The notes below the pieces were generated by a model. That model was not told where the DNA came from, did no database searches, and saw only the letters and a program-made list of their open reading frames with translations. Of a stretch of DNA of 64,000 bases, positions 30,635 through 40,513 are shown piece by piece (position 1 is the first letter of the stretch; each line of letters starts with the position of its first letter). The translations under genes and the position numbers were made by a program. This DNA comes from an uncultured Gammaproteobacteria bacterium (lineage in GTDB: Bacteria > Patescibacteriota > Patescibacteriia > Magasanikbacterales > UBA922): assembly GCA_964612105.1 (NCBI GenBank), contig CAZTEU010000001.1, forward strand, positions 79,115 to 143,114, in the 5' to 3' direction.

Positions 30635-33600
30635 CTATGAATCTAGATCTGTATTTTCTATTACTTCTGGGACTTGCTCTTGTATTTCCAAAACCTCTAT
30701 AGCTTCTTCTACAACTTCTGGAACTTCCTCAATAACCACCGTTGATGGTTCTTCTACTACATCTTCTGTAACATCAAGCAATAATTCTTCTTCATTATTA
30801 ATTATTTCTTCGTCCTCGCTTATAGTTCCTACTTCTTCTGACTCATCTACTGACTCAATCAACCCTTCGCTTTCCTCTTCTAGAACCTCGTCTTCTACAT
30901 CTTCGATATCATCTTCCTCTACTAATTCTACTTCCTCAACATCTTCATCAGTAACGTTCTCCACATTCTCTGTTTCCTCCTCTATATTACCCTCTTCTGC
31001 ATTATTCTCTTCCTCTACTAATTCTACTTCCTCAATCGTATATTCGCAAGTTCCATCATCCAGTGTCGCCTCCTCTGAGTAATTTTCTGCAGATGGATCT
31101 ATACAACCAGCGCTTACTTCGTAATTGTAATAATCACTCCATGATTTTACTTCTAGTGTGTAATTTCCAGTCTCGCCCGTAGATACAAATATTTTTGGCT
31201 CGTTCACTGGCGTTGCTAACCAATTCAAGGGTACATCACTAGATGACACTGGATCTATAGAAATTGTAAATCCTTTGGTGCTTATATTTTCTGCAACAAA
31301 ATAGTTTAGCTCGGATCTACTTGTTAGTGTAAGATTGATAATTGGCGTGTACGTAAACTCTTTTACAAAAACTATATCAACCTGACTATCCCCTGCAACT
31401 ATCTTTGCCGCTCCAGCTGTTGCACTCTCTAGCTTGTTTACACTCTCAACTACTATATTCTCTTTCTCTGCTACTATCTCACTACCTGCAAGCAAATTAA
31501 GTGTCTGTTCTATAACATCTAATCTAGAAGATGTCTCTTTATGACTACTGTCCATTTCTGCTACATCATGCAATATTGAACCCATTTTTACTTCGTTTGA
31601 GGTTGTAAATTCTGTAAGCGTGTTTTGTAGTTCAGTATATGTATCATTAAGAGAAACCACCTTGATTGTATTTTTATCTACTTTCTGGCCGATATCCTCA
31701 ATTTCTGACTGATGAATAGCAAGAGTTGATGTTACACTTCCTAAATTATTAACAACTAGCTTCTGCTCCTCAATTGCTTTATACAATTCTAAAATATATA
31801 ACGAATTGGTCTCTGTTGTCTCCCATAGTTGCGTAGACAATTCACCAAGAGAAAGTCTGCCCCCCTCATCCCACTCACTTCGTCCTCTAATAGTTGGTAA
31901 GTGCCTATTCTCTTCTACAAAATCTGAAAGTTCAGCAATTCCCATCATCTGATACTGACTCCTAACATGATCATCTTCCTCTGCCACCTCTCCATCAAAG
32001 TACCAATCAAATACATAGTCAGCAAGAAGAACATTGTCGTCATAAACATTTTGAGCATTAATATTACCCGCCCCGGGTGTTATATCAGCGGGATCTCCAA
32101 CAATAATTCCACCAGAACCACCCTCTGCTCCAGTTACATACAAGGTTCCACTAACATATGTATCTGGAGTAAAGTAGTCCCAATACATATTTATCTCTTT
32201 ATTATCCCCCATCTTTTCTCCAGAACCAAACTCAACTCTGTTCTCTGTCTGATTTCTATAAAACCAAAATGGTCTGTTTACCTCTCCAATTACTAAACCA
32301 CCTGTTGTGGTTACTACACCACTCATTAAAGAATCGCCAGTATATACTGTTCCAGACGCAAATATATTATTAAATGCAGAGCCGAAGTTACCAATTGATG
32401 ACTGTGCATTCCCTGGTAGTCCAGGTAATGCGTCTCCCCCAAGATATACTGTATTTGAGACATATAAACTACCCCACGCTGCACCAAACCCACCCAAATC
32501 ATATGTATCGTGCAACCATGGGGTTATTTGGGTGGTTGTAACAGATGACATGTAGGCTGTACTAGAAACAGTTAAATTTCTCCAAGCATTTTCAAACACT
32601 CCAAGATCTCTCGTATTGTCTCCATCTGGCATTAAAGCAGAAGCAACAGTAGAATTAAAGGTTACTGTATCTGCTGCAACAGAATCACCAAAAGTGTTGT
32701 TGCTGTTGAACACACCATTGCCTGTAACAGTCAGTGTACCACTCATATTTACACCTTCGGAGCTATCTGTTGTGACTATTTCAACTATGCCGGTTTTTCC
32801 AGCTGAATCAAAGCTTAGTGCAGATGCATTATTGTCTAATAAATCCCAATCGATGGCAGTATCAGATGTTATGTCGCCGTTTATACCAAAAGCTCCTGCA
32901 TAAACAGTACCAGACGCAAATATGTCATTAAATGATGCGTTGAACCCACCTATTGATGAGGCTCCATTTCCACCAAGACCAGGAAGAGCATCCCCTCCTA
33001 GATATACTGTATTTGATACATATAAATTACCCCATGCCTGACCAAACTCTCCCAGATCATGCGTGTCATGAGTCCATGGTGTAATCTGTGTAGTAGTAGC
33101 TGATGCAATTCTTGCTGTACCAGATGCATATAAGTCATTCCAAGCGCTTCCGTACGCACCAATGTCTGTTGTATTATTTTCTGTTGGAGCAACCGTATTT
33201 GCAAAGGTGCTTGTACCACTCACAGCCAAATCTCCGGATAGTTTTACTCTTTCATGACCATCTGTTGTGTCTAGTTCTAATATCCCTGCAGATCCAGCTG
33301 AATCGAAACTTAGAGCAGATGCATTATTGTCTAATAAATCCCAGTCCAGAGCAGTTCCTGTGGTATCAAAATCCGAGACATTTGTTAGAACTGTTCCAGA
33401 TGAACCAGAAAAGGTAAAGGTGGACGTTGCAGAAAGGTCTCCGATGTCTAGTATTCCATAAAATGCACCTCCGGAGGATTCCAGTATAGATATGTTTGAA
33501 TTGGCATTACTTAGCACTAAATCACCAGTAGACGTTGTATTTCCAGCTCCATCTATTTTAAGGGCTGTTTCTTCCGACCAGTTTGAGCCATCCCATCTTA

Positions 33601-34165
33601 GCAATGCTCCTGCACTTGTACCATCTGCAAGTGTTCCACTAGCAACAGTGTCTACCCAACTGGAAGAAAGCCCATCATAGAGATATAGCAGACCATCGTC
33701 TGTATCGTAGTATAGATCCCCCGCTGAAGGTGATGTTGGTGCTGTAGTTGTTGCATATGCCCCATATGTTGTATCTGAGGTGTATGCAAAACCTACAGCG
33801 TTGACCGGTTGACGTGGTGTCATTGCCCCATCACTATTTACATTAACCTCTACCCAATACTGTTTGTCAAAATCTAGATTTAGTGCTGTTGTATCTCCAA
33901 GAGAAACGGAGAAATAACCACTAGATATTGAAACACTAGATTGGGTCTCTGTCCAAACAGAACTACCTCCAGTTAGTGCATCATACAATGTAAACACAAT
34001 GTCGTATGTGGCTGTTACTGCCGCATCATTTCCGTCTGTTAAATATCCCGCATAGGTTATATAGTGAGGTACATTTTGCGCAGTTTTTGCTGGTACTGCA
34101 AAAAGCACTTGTGTTACCAGAAGCGCTACAATGCAAATGGGAATTATTCGCATTATGTTTTTCAT
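30635..34165 (-). CDS. Giant secreted repetitive surface protein (possible adhesin / fibre-like protein) with a poly-acidic C-terminal tail
   Basis: 1176 aa with an N-terminal signal peptide and Gly/Ser/Thr/Asn-rich beta-type composition. A ~165-aa module is duplicated (AIDWDLLDNNASALSFDSAG...TTTQITPW.HDT.DLG.FG.AWG.LYVSNTVYLGGDALPGL). The last ~170 aa are almost entirely E/D/V low-complexity. Confidence 0.6.
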   Translation of the reverse strand: MKNIMRIIPICIVALLVTQVLFAVPAKTAQNVPHYITYAGYLTDGNDAAVTATYDIVFTLYDALTGGSSVWTETQSSVSISSGYFSVSLGDTTALNLDFDKQYWVEVNVNSDGAMTPRQPVNAVGFAYTSDTTYGAYATTTAPTSPSAGDLYYDTDDGLLYLYDGLSSSWVDTVASGTLADGTSAGALLRWDGSNWSEETALKIDGAGNTTSTGDLVLSNANSNISILESSGGAFYGILDIGDLSATSTFTFSGSSGTVLTNVSDFDTTGTALDWDLLDNNASALSFDSAGSAGILELDTTDGHERVKLSGDLAVSGTSTFANTVAPTENNTTDIGAYGSAWNDLYASGTARIASATTTQITPWTHDTHDLGEFGQAWGNLYVSNTVYLGGDALPGLGGNGASSIGGFNASFNDIFASGTVYAGAFGINGDITSDTAIDWDLLDNNASALSFDSAGKTGIVEIVTTDSSEGVNMSGTLTVTGNGVFNSNNTFGDSVAADTVTFNSTVASALMPDGDNTRDLGVFENAWRNLTVSSTAYMSSVTTTQITPWLHDTYDLGGFGAAWGSLYVSNTVYLGGDALPGLPGNAQSSIGNFGSAFNNIFASGTVYTGDSLMSGVVTTTGGLVIGEVNRPFWFYRNQTENRVEFGSGEKMGDNKEINMYWDYFTPDTYVSGTLYVTGAEGGSGGIIVGDPADITPGAGNINAQNVYDDNVLLADYVFDWYFDGEVAEEDDHVRSQYQMMGIAELSDFVEENRHLPTIRGRSEWDEGGRLSLGELSTQLWETTETNSLYILELYKAIEEQKLVVNNLGSVTSTLAIHQSEIEDIGQKVDKNTIKVVSLNDTYTELQNTLTEFTTSNEVKMGSILHDVAEMDSSHKETSSRLDVIEQTLNLLAGSEIVAEKENIVVESVNKLESATAGAAKIVAGDSQVDIVFVKEFTYTPIINLTLTSRSELNYFVAENISTKGFTISIDPVSSSDVPLNWLATPVNEPKIFVSTGETGNYTLEVKSWSDYYNYEVSAGCIDPSAENYSEEATLDDGTCEYTIEEVELVEEENNAEEGNIEEETENVENVTDEDVEEVELVEEDDIEDVEDEVLEEESEGLIESVDESEEVGTISEDEEIINNEEELLLDVTEDVVEEPSTVVIEEVPEVVEEAIEVLEIQEQVPEVIENTDLDS
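32440..33450. repeat. Tandem near-identical DNA repeats (~0.5-kb units) inside the giant surface-protein gene
   Basis: For example, gcagatgcattattgtctaataaatccca at 32820 and again at 33314. The encoded peptide ADALLSNKSQS also appears twice in the reverse-frame ORF track. Confidence 0.6.
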
Positions 34166-36198
34166 TTCTTCTTTTTAATACCTTCTTTAAAAAATAACCA
34201 GTATATTGCAATTGACAGTATCAATATTATACCACAAATTATTATAATTGTTTGAAGTATGTCCCCAATTTTAGTCAGTGCTATCCTCTTGTTTATAACC
34301 TCTTCATTAACAGTGAAAGAATCCGTCGTTTTGTCTCTGTAAGTTGCAGATTTTACTTGGAGATAATAGTCACCTGGAGGAGTCTTAAACGCAAACTCCC
34401 CGTCTTCTGCTGTAACTTGTGGATTTATCTGATTGTATAAGTGTGCTGGCCATACAACCCACTCCCCCGTCTTATTTAGTACAAAGAGGGTTACCTCTGC
34501 TGACTTAATCAAGGATTCTTGTCTTGTAAACACTTTCCATGGTTTTTTCCAGCTCCACTCTCCCCATTCCTTTGTGTATACAACCCCGTATGGATCTACA
34601 AGCACTGTCCTATCCAACTCCTCATACGTATTGTCTGTATAAATAATCTGAACAATCATCTGGTATTTACCCTTCTCCTTTGGTGCATTAATTGTTGCTT
34701 CGTATTGATTTGAATCTCTGTTATAGCTTAGGACATATGCTTCTGTTTTTAGTGTAAGAGTGATTGTTTCTACAGGCTTCCTAAACATTGATGCAGAAAT
34801 TGCAAATATAGCATCTGAGTCTGCAAATACATGCCAATCTACAGATTCATCGATAGGCTGTACTGTAATAGGAGCAACTATTGATTTTTCTTCTTCACTT
34901 GCAATATCTGGTAATTTCTCCTGTAATATCTCCTCAATCTCTACTTTTTCCTCTGGAGTGAGGGTTTTGTATATATTTGCTTGTATTGCACCAAATTGAT
35001 CAACAAGCCCTTCTTTTATTTGGGAAACTCTCTCTCTTGAGTCTTCTCCTAAATCACGGAATATTTGTGCCACATCGTATAGCCCCCTGTTTATTCTTTG
35101 CTTCATTAATGAGAAAAGTGTTGGCTCTATTGTAATCTGAGACTCCTCCGGGGTAATATCCACAAGTCCTTCTGGAAGTTTTTGTGGTTCAGCTGGGAAG
35201 TATGGTAATTCTACTTTATCTTTCTTAGTGTCCCCCTCACTCTTATCTTTTTTTTCTGTAATTGATTCTGCTTTTTCTTTCTCCTCATATGTAGTTTTAC
35301 CTGTGCTCACCGCCTTTATGGCTCCAGAAGATATATTACCTGAAGTATCAACAACAAAAAGTGAATAGTAATAGGTCACATTCGCGATTATATCACTATC
35401 TTTGTATGATTCACCCTCCCCAACATATATACTTTCTCCATCTGTACTGTTATTTGGATAAGACTTATTATTTCTAACCAATTTAATGCTTTTCATGTCA
35501 TTAATCTCTGGGTTTTTCCAGGATAATCCTATATTTGACCCATCAAAAACTGCTTCAAAATTCGTAACATTAGAAACCTGCTTCACTATAGGTAATGAAA
35601 TAAATGAGTATGACTTTGTTTCCTTTACATTATTTGGAAGATCCTTGAGATGAATTGTAAAATTATATTCTACTCCTGGAACTAAATCCTTGAGTAGAAA
35701 TGAGTGATTCTCTGAAAAACTGTCTTCTGTTGCTGTGCTAAGATTATATAGATTACCTACTCCGTATTGAATATATGCAACCGCTATTTCGTTTGTATCA
35801 AAAACAATCTGAGCTGTACTATCTGTAATATTTATTATTGTAAGATTTTCTACAGTTGTAGGAACCTTATCAGGAAGACTTCCTCCACCTCCTCCCCCAC
35901 TAGACGATGAAGAGTCATCAGAGCTAGCTTCTGCTGCAAGAGGAATTGGAACTGTACCAGACTTTACAGTAAAGCTGTCACTGGCGCTTTTTTCTGCAAG
36001 TCCTCCACCTGAGTTTACTTCAAAACTATCTGATGTGGAGTTTTCGCTTACAGAGTCTACCTGACCATTATATATCTTAAAGTTAGTGCTTGCTGAAACA
36101 GCAAACACGTTCTGTGGTATTAAAAAAATACAACCAACAAGCGCTATGATAACACCTCTCGCCATAATCATTTTTAATATTTGAATACAGTATATCAA
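34162..36198 (-). CDS. Secreted, C-terminally membrane-anchored surface protein with Ig/FN3-like beta domains
   Basis: Signal peptide, a poly-Gly/Ser linker, FN3-like segments and a C-terminal hydrophobic helix followed by KKKK. Confidence 0.5.
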   Translation of the reverse strand: MIYCIQILKMIMARGVIIALVGCIFLIPQNVFAVSASTNFKIYNGQVDSVSENSTSDSFEVNSGGGLAEKSASDSFTVKSGTVPIPLAAEASSDDSSSSSGGGGGGSLPDKVPTTVENLTIINITDSTAQIVFDTNEIAVAYIQYGVGNLYNLSTATEDSFSENHSFLLKDLVPGVEYNFTIHLKDLPNNVKETKSYSFISLPIVKQVSNVTNFEAVFDGSNIGLSWKNPEINDMKSIKLVRNNKSYPNNSTDGESIYVGEGESYKDSDIIANVTYYYSLFVVDTSGNISSGAIKAVSTGKTTYEEKEKAESITEKKDKSEGDTKKDKVELPYFPAEPQKLPEGLVDITPEESQITIEPTLFSLMKQRINRGLYDVAQIFRDLGEDSRERVSQIKEGLVDQFGAIQANIYKTLTPEEKVEIEEILQEKLPDIASEEEKSIVAPITVQPIDESVDWHVFADSDAIFAISASMFRKPVETITLTLKTEAYVLSYNRDSNQYEATINAPKEKGKYQMIVQIIYTDNTYEELDRTVLVDPYGVVYTKEWGEWSWKKPWKVFTRQESLIKSAEVTLFVLNKTGEWVVWPAHLYNQINPQVTAEDGEFAFKTPPGDYYLQVKSATYRDKTTDSFTVNEEVINKRIALTKIGDILQTIIIICGIILILSIAIYWLFFKEGIKKKK

Positions 36199-36240
36199 TA
36201 ATAGTGTAATAATTGAACTAATTTCTGTGGATTATATAAA

Positions 36241-36268
36241 CAAAAAAACCCCAATTTAGGGGTTTTAT
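36241..36268 (-). terminator. Rho-independent terminator downstream of the tRNA pair (minus strand)
   Basis: Minus-strand aacccctaaattggggtt hairpin followed by a T7 run. Confidence 0.65.
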
Positions 36269-36269
36269 G

Positions 36270-36341
36270 CTCTGCGGGTCGGATTCGAACCGACGGCCAA
36301 TTGGTTAACAGCCAACTGCTCTACCACTGAGCTACCGCAGA
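36270..36341 (-). tRNA. tRNA-Asn (anticodon GTT)
   Basis: Cloverleaf with a 7-bp acceptor (tctgcgg/ccgcaga), D arm gctc/gagc, anticodon loop ctGTTaa and T arm gtcgg-ttcgaat-ccgac. No CCA encoded. Confidence 0.85.
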
Positions 36342-36356
36342 ATTTTTTTCTCCTTG

Positions 36357-36427
36357 TTCGCGGGCAGGGATTCGAACCCCGATAGCCAGGACCAAAACCT
36401 GGAGTCCTACCATTAGACGACCCGCGA
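36357..36427 (-). tRNA. tRNA-Gln (anticodon TTG)
   Basis: Acceptor tcgcggg/cccgcga, anticodon stem ccagg/cctgg, loop ttTTGgt and T loop ttcgaat. No CCA encoded. Confidence 0.8.
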
Positions 36428-36428
36428 G

Positions 36429-37376
36429 TTATACGCGCAGGTGTCTGCGCATTGCAATCAGACTTGATAAAATCGTCAGCACCAGGACAATGGCGCACTG
36501 AGATCCAAGCAACAGCATTATATTCGAGTTGAAGTACATTGTCAAGAAGTCGGCCTTTCCAATAATTACCTCAATATATGGATCAAGAAAATTGGCTGTT
36601 AACAGCATTATAAGGTATGTAAGAACAGCACTGACTACACTAAAAATGATAGATACAAGCATGTATGGACCTCTCACAAACCAATTAGAGGCTCCAACTA
36701 GTTTTTTTATGCTAATTTCTATTCTTTGTGTATATATAGATATTCTAATTGTATTAAATATTATTACAAAAGCAATAATTGCAAAAAATATGCTGAGCGC
36801 CACACTAAAGCGCTCAACCTGAACCATAATCATATCTATGCGACTAATTGCCTTCTCTGTATCCTGAAACGTCTTAGATTCGATTATATTTTCATACTCA
36901 GGCACACCAAGTGCTGTTATTATCTTCTGGTAATCACTTGTCTCCCTTGTCTTAACTACCATTGTTGCTCCAAGTGGATTGTCTTCCAGCTCATCTAAAG
37001 CACCTACAATTTCTTGGCTGTCCTTGTAGGTTTTCCTAAATTGATCAAGTACTTCTTCTCGAGTATAAAACACAGTGTCTGTAACTTCAGGAAATGATTT
37101 GATAAAACTCTTTACTTCCTCGATTTGAGTATCTGTTGCTGAATGATCAAAATATATACTAACATCTATACGATCTTTAATATTCGCACTCGCCTCTTCT
37201 GTAAGAAGTCTAATAACGACGACTGTATTTATAGAAAGCAACATGAGTATAAGAACAAGAATAGTCATCATTGAGAGGCTTGAATTGCGGACTATATCTT
37301 GGAGCGCAAACTTAACTACACGTAAAAATGAAAGCATATTAAAGTATATATTTACCATGTTGTTTGTCTGAAACAA
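36429..37376 (-). CDS. ftsX: Cell division permease FtsX
   Basis: Four-TM FtsX topology with a large periplasmic loop. Probable true start at the internal ATG near 37331 (MLSFLRVV). Confidence 0.8.
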   Translation of the reverse strand: MFQTNNMVNIYFNMLSFLRVVKFALQDIVRNSSLSMMTILVLILMLLSINTVVVIRLLTEEASANIKDRIDVSIYFDHSATDTQIEEVKSFIKSFPEVTDTVFYTREEVLDQFRKTYKDSQEIVGALDELEDNPLGATMVVKTRETSDYQKIITALGVPEYENIIESKTFQDTEKAISRIDMIMVQVERFSVALSIFFAIIAFVIIFNTIRISIYTQRIEISIKKLVGASNWFVRGPYMLVSIIFSVVSAVLTYLIMLLTANFLDPYIEVIIGKADFLTMYFNSNIMLLLGSQCAIVLVLTILSSLIAMRRHLRV

Positions 37377-38019
37377 CGTTTCCTTCTGATATTGAAATTA
37401 CCCTTTTGTGAAGACTATTAACAACTTCTCTGTTATGTGTAACAAGCACTATTGTGGTGCCAAACTCATTAATTTTCTTTAGGATATCAATTATCTCTTG
37501 AGTGTTAATAGTATCCAGGTTTCCAGTTGGCTCATCCGCTACTAAGATTTTTGGTCTGTGTACAAGTGACCTAGCAATAACCACACGTTGCTGTTCTCCA
37601 CCAGAAAGTTGGTGTGGGTATCTGTTTCTTTTATCTGAAAGCCCTACAACATCTAAAACCTTTGGTACAACCTCATGTATCCTACTGTGCGCCTCACCAG
37701 CAACCTGTAGTGCAAAAGCAACATTTTCATATACTGTTTTCTGTGGTAACAGCTTAAAGTCCTGAAATATCACACCAATTTGACGACGTAGAAATGGTAC
37801 ATCACGCTCCGCTATATTTGTTATATCCCAGCCTCCAACTTCAATACGACCATGGCTTGGTCGTTCTTCTGCAATAAGTAGCTTAACAATTGTTGTCTTA
37901 CCTGTCCCGCTCTGCCCCACAATAGAAACAAACTCTCCAGGAGCAATTTCCAATGAGAGGTTCTCAACACCGACACTACTTTGATTGTATCTTTTTGTTA
38001 CGTTTTCTAACGTTATCAT
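37339..38019 (-). CDS. ftsE: Cell division ATP-binding protein FtsE
   Basis: ABC ATPase Walker A (GQSGTGKTT), signature (LSGGEQQR) and Walker B (ILVADEPT). Confidence 0.9.
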   Translation of the reverse strand: MITLENVTKRYNQSSVGVENLSLEIAPGEFVSIVGQSGTGKTTIVKLLIAEERPSHGRIEVGGWDITNIAERDVPFLRRQIGVIFQDFKLLPQKTVYENVAFALQVAGEAHSRIHEVVPKVLDVVGLSDKRNRYPHQLSGGEQQRVVIARSLVHRPKILVADEPTGNLDTINTQEIIDILKKINEFGTTIVLVTHNREVVNSLHKRVISISEGNVVSDKQHGKYIL

Positions 38020-38088
38020 AATCTAGATAATTATATCATAGTCTTGTGTTGTGTATCAAAAAAACAGATGCTTACTCTGTTATTAAAG

Positions 38089-38162
38089 GAGCCACCTCGG
38101 GGAGTCGAACCCCGGACCTACGCGTTACGAGTGCGTCGCTCTATCCAACTGAGCTAAGGTGG
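38089..38162 (-). tRNA. tRNA-Thr (anticodon CGT)
   Basis: Acceptor gccacct/aggtggc, D arm gctc-agttggata-gagc, anticodon loop ctCGTaa and T arm ccggg-gttcgac-tcccc. Confidence 0.75.
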
Positions 38163-38173
38163 CATAGTGGTGC

Positions 38174-38506
38174 CTAGGATAGCTCTAGTCTAGGTATTAT
38201 GTCAATGGGAGGTTCTTCGTATGGGTGATTTTTTTTAATTATATCTACAACACTAGCAACTTTGTCCTTGTGACATAGCATTATAATTACCTCTTCTTCT
38301 ACCTCTTCTTGCTTACCTACATCACCAATAGCCGGTTCTGCTCCATCTCCTGGTATAAATCTACCAACAGACACAAAAGACCCACTACAGTGGGTATAAT
38401 TCCCTTGCTGTCCAGCCCCAGCATCTCCCATTGCTTTACGCAAAGATTCTGCATCTTTTGTTGGTACAGAAGTTTGTATTTTTACAAAATCTGACTCTAT
38501 TAGCAT
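38174..38506 (-). CDS. Small conserved hypothetical protein
   Basis: 110 aa with Gly-rich GDAGAGQQGNY..CSG and an FIPGDGA pattern; family not confidently identified. Confidence 0.35.
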   Translation of the reverse strand: MLIESDFVKIQTSVPTKDAESLRKAMGDAGAGQQGNYTHCSGSFVSVGRFIPGDGAEPAIGDVGKQEEVEEEVIIMLCHKDKVASVVDIIKKNHPYEEPPIDIIPRLELS

Positions 38507-38514
38507 AGAGTTTA

Positions 38515-39465
38515 CTATGATTCAAAAGGGTTTGGAACATTTATGTTCATCGTAACCTCTGATTCTGCTATTTTATCTTGTAGGTACTTATCAAAGTCTT
38601 TGCTTATCCTTTCACCTGTTTTTTGTATTATATGATATCCAAATTCAGATTTTAATGGTTCTTGATATAGTTCATTAACCTCAAGTCCAAATACAGCCTC
38701 TTCAAACTCTGGAATCATAATTCCTTTGCCAAACCAACCTAAATCCCCTCCATTTTTATTGGTGGCATCATTTCCATATTTTAGTGCAAGTTCTGCAAAA
38801 TCTGCCCCATCCTTAATCTCATCCAATATTTTATTTGCAAGCTCTTTAACCTCTTTCTCTTCCAGTCCGTCTACTATTGCAAGTAATATATGTCTAGCCT
38901 GTATCTCCTCTCCACCCTCATACTTTTCCTCTGTTTCTCCACCCATTTCATTAAAAGCCTCTCTTACTTTCTGTTCTCTTAGAAGTGGTACAACCACCCT
39001 TTGGACATATGTATCCAAATCCCAGCCATATTTCTTCTGAAGATCCTCTATTGCATCTTCTTTTGATTCAAACTGACCAAATAGTTGATTGTTGGTCATA
39101 TTTACATCCTCCTCTAATACTTCCACATTCAGTTCTCCAGCCATATCCTCAATTACTGAATTTGCAATAAGCCTGGCTATAACCTGCTGTGATAGGATCT
39201 CTTCACTCTCACCATTATTGTTCTGCCCTGTAGATATATAGAAATTCTTTAAAGATTTGATATCAACAAGATATTCTGAGTATGGTATTTCATCATCACC
39301 AACTGTTACTACCGGCACGTTGAAAACCCTAGCAGCAACAGTAGCAACACTGTTTGTAGATAATTTCTTCACTAGTATAAATCCTAGAGCAAGTACTACA
39401 AGTACAGCCACAACTAAGCTTAGAAGTGCTCCTAGTACAATCATCTGTTTGTTTGATTTCTGCAT
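38515..39465 (-). CDS. PpiC/parvulin-type peptidyl-prolyl isomerase (PrsA/SurA-like, membrane-anchored)
   Basis: N-terminal TM helix and a C-terminal parvulin domain (ARHILL...GGDLGWF...FGYHIIQ). Confidence 0.8.
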   Translation of the reverse strand: MQKSNKQMIVLGALLSLVVAVLVVLALGFILVKKLSTNSVATVAARVFNVPVVTVGDDEIPYSEYLVDIKSLKNFYISTGQNNNGESEEILSQQVIARLIANSVIEDMAGELNVEVLEEDVNMTNNQLFGQFESKEDAIEDLQKKYGWDLDTYVQRVVVPLLREQKVREAFNEMGGETEEKYEGGEEIQARHILLAIVDGLEEKEVKELANKILDEIKDGADFAELALKYGNDATNKNGGDLGWFGKGIMIPEFEEAVFGLEVNELYQEPLKSEFGYHIIQKTGERISKDFDKYLQDKIAESEVTMNINVPNPFES

Positions 39466-39475
39466 ATATGTGTAA

Positions 39476-39883
39476 TTATTTAGAATACTGGTGTATAAAA
39501 TAGTACCACCATTTAGTTGGGTTGCCTAGATGTTCTATTTTTACCTGTGGACTATTTATATTCCTTTTACCACTTTCACCAGCCTGTTCCACAACAGCAA
39601 CTTTTTCTCCGGGTTTCCTAAGATTTAACTCTGTCCTAGCTTTCTCTTCAACAAACGCATCGCTTGTTACGTATTCTAAAATACTGAGGGACTCTATTTT
39701 CTTTTGCTCCAGATTTTTTACTTCCTTTTCTAATAGCTTAATTTCATCTCTAATTTTTATATCCTGATAATAAGCACGTGCAAAATTAAGCGCAACAAGT
39801 ACAGCAATAATAAGAAGTATAATTAGGAATAGCCTGGAGCTAAAAAAACGTTTTGCAACTGATTGTGAGTCTGAGTTTGGCAT
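39476..39883 (-). CDS. FtsB/DivIC-family septum formation initiator
   Basis: Single TM helix followed by a short coiled-coil, ~130 aa. Confidence 0.55.
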   Translation of the reverse strand: MPNSDSQSVAKRFFSSRLFLIILLIIAVLVALNFARAYYQDIKIRDEIKLLEKEVKNLEQKKIESLSILEYVTSDAFVEEKARTELNLRKPGEKVAVVEQAGESGKRNINSPQVKIEHLGNPTKWWYYFIHQYSK

Positions 39884-39886
39884 ACT

Positions 39887-40513
39887 CTATAACTCTTTCT
39901 TTAGCGAGATAATTCTTTTTCTAACAGATTTTTCTATTCTTTCTAACTCTTCTAACTCAAGTTCATGTATCTTCTCCCTTATTGCATGAACTAAATCCCC
40001 TCTTAGTTCTTTTGCGCCCTTATCTAGATACTGCTTTTTCATTTTTTTAATATGTCTTTGTAAATCTTCCGGATATTTTACTTTTTCTGCAACAATTTTT
40101 ATTCTTCCCTCACTAGCTTCTATCATGGTGTTTCCATATCTAAACATAGTTCCCCAAAATCCCTTTATTTTACCCGCAACATCTTCTATATCTTCTAGAG
40201 ATATGTCTGAGATTACTTTTTCAAATATTCCTCGCTGTTCTATGTCTATTATTCGATCAGTTGTAATTACGAGAGCGTTTTTCTGCCAAATATAAAGCGT
40301 GTGAATAAGCCAGATTACAGCAAGGACAATTGGAACAACAAATAACATCTGCCCCCATTGTCCATGTTGGAACAACCAAAACATGAAAAAGAATGGGGTT
40401 GCAAATAGTATTGCAATTCCAAACCAGCTCCAAAAATATGTTAGCCAATATCTATGTATTACATGACTAATTTTTTCTTTTTCCCCAAGTTTAATTTTTT
40501 TCTCGAGCCCCAT
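39887..40513 (-). CDS. Membrane protein with bacterial PH-like (YdbT/DUF304-type) domain and C-terminal coiled-coil
   Basis: Two N-terminal TM helices, then ..LVITTDRIIDIE.. (bPH_2-like). Confidence 0.4.
   Translation of the reverse strand: MGLEKKIKLGEKEKISHVIHRYWLTYFWSWFGIAILFATPFFFMFWLFQHGQWGQMLFVVPIVLAVIWLIHTLYIWQKNALVITTDRIIDIEQRGIFEKVISDISLEDIEDVAGKIKGFWGTMFRYGNTMIEASEGRIKIVAEKVKYPEDLQRHIKKMKKQYLDKGAKELRGDLVHAIREKIHELELEELERIEKSVRKRIISLKKEL

Noticed and set aside
31967-33680. Multiple 60-110-aa plus-strand ORFs inside the giant surface-protein gene
   Set aside because: They are antisense to a long, coherent 1176-aa reading frame, and their repeated peptides (ADALLSNKSQS twice) simply mirror the DNA repeats of the sense gene.
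36265-36498. 77-aa minus-strand ORF (MRHCPGADDF...) spanning the tRNA-Asn/tRNA-Gln region
   Set aside because: It lies entirely over two well-formed tRNA cloverleafs. Arg/Gly/Pro-rich translation is the usual artefact of reading through GC-rich tRNA sequence.
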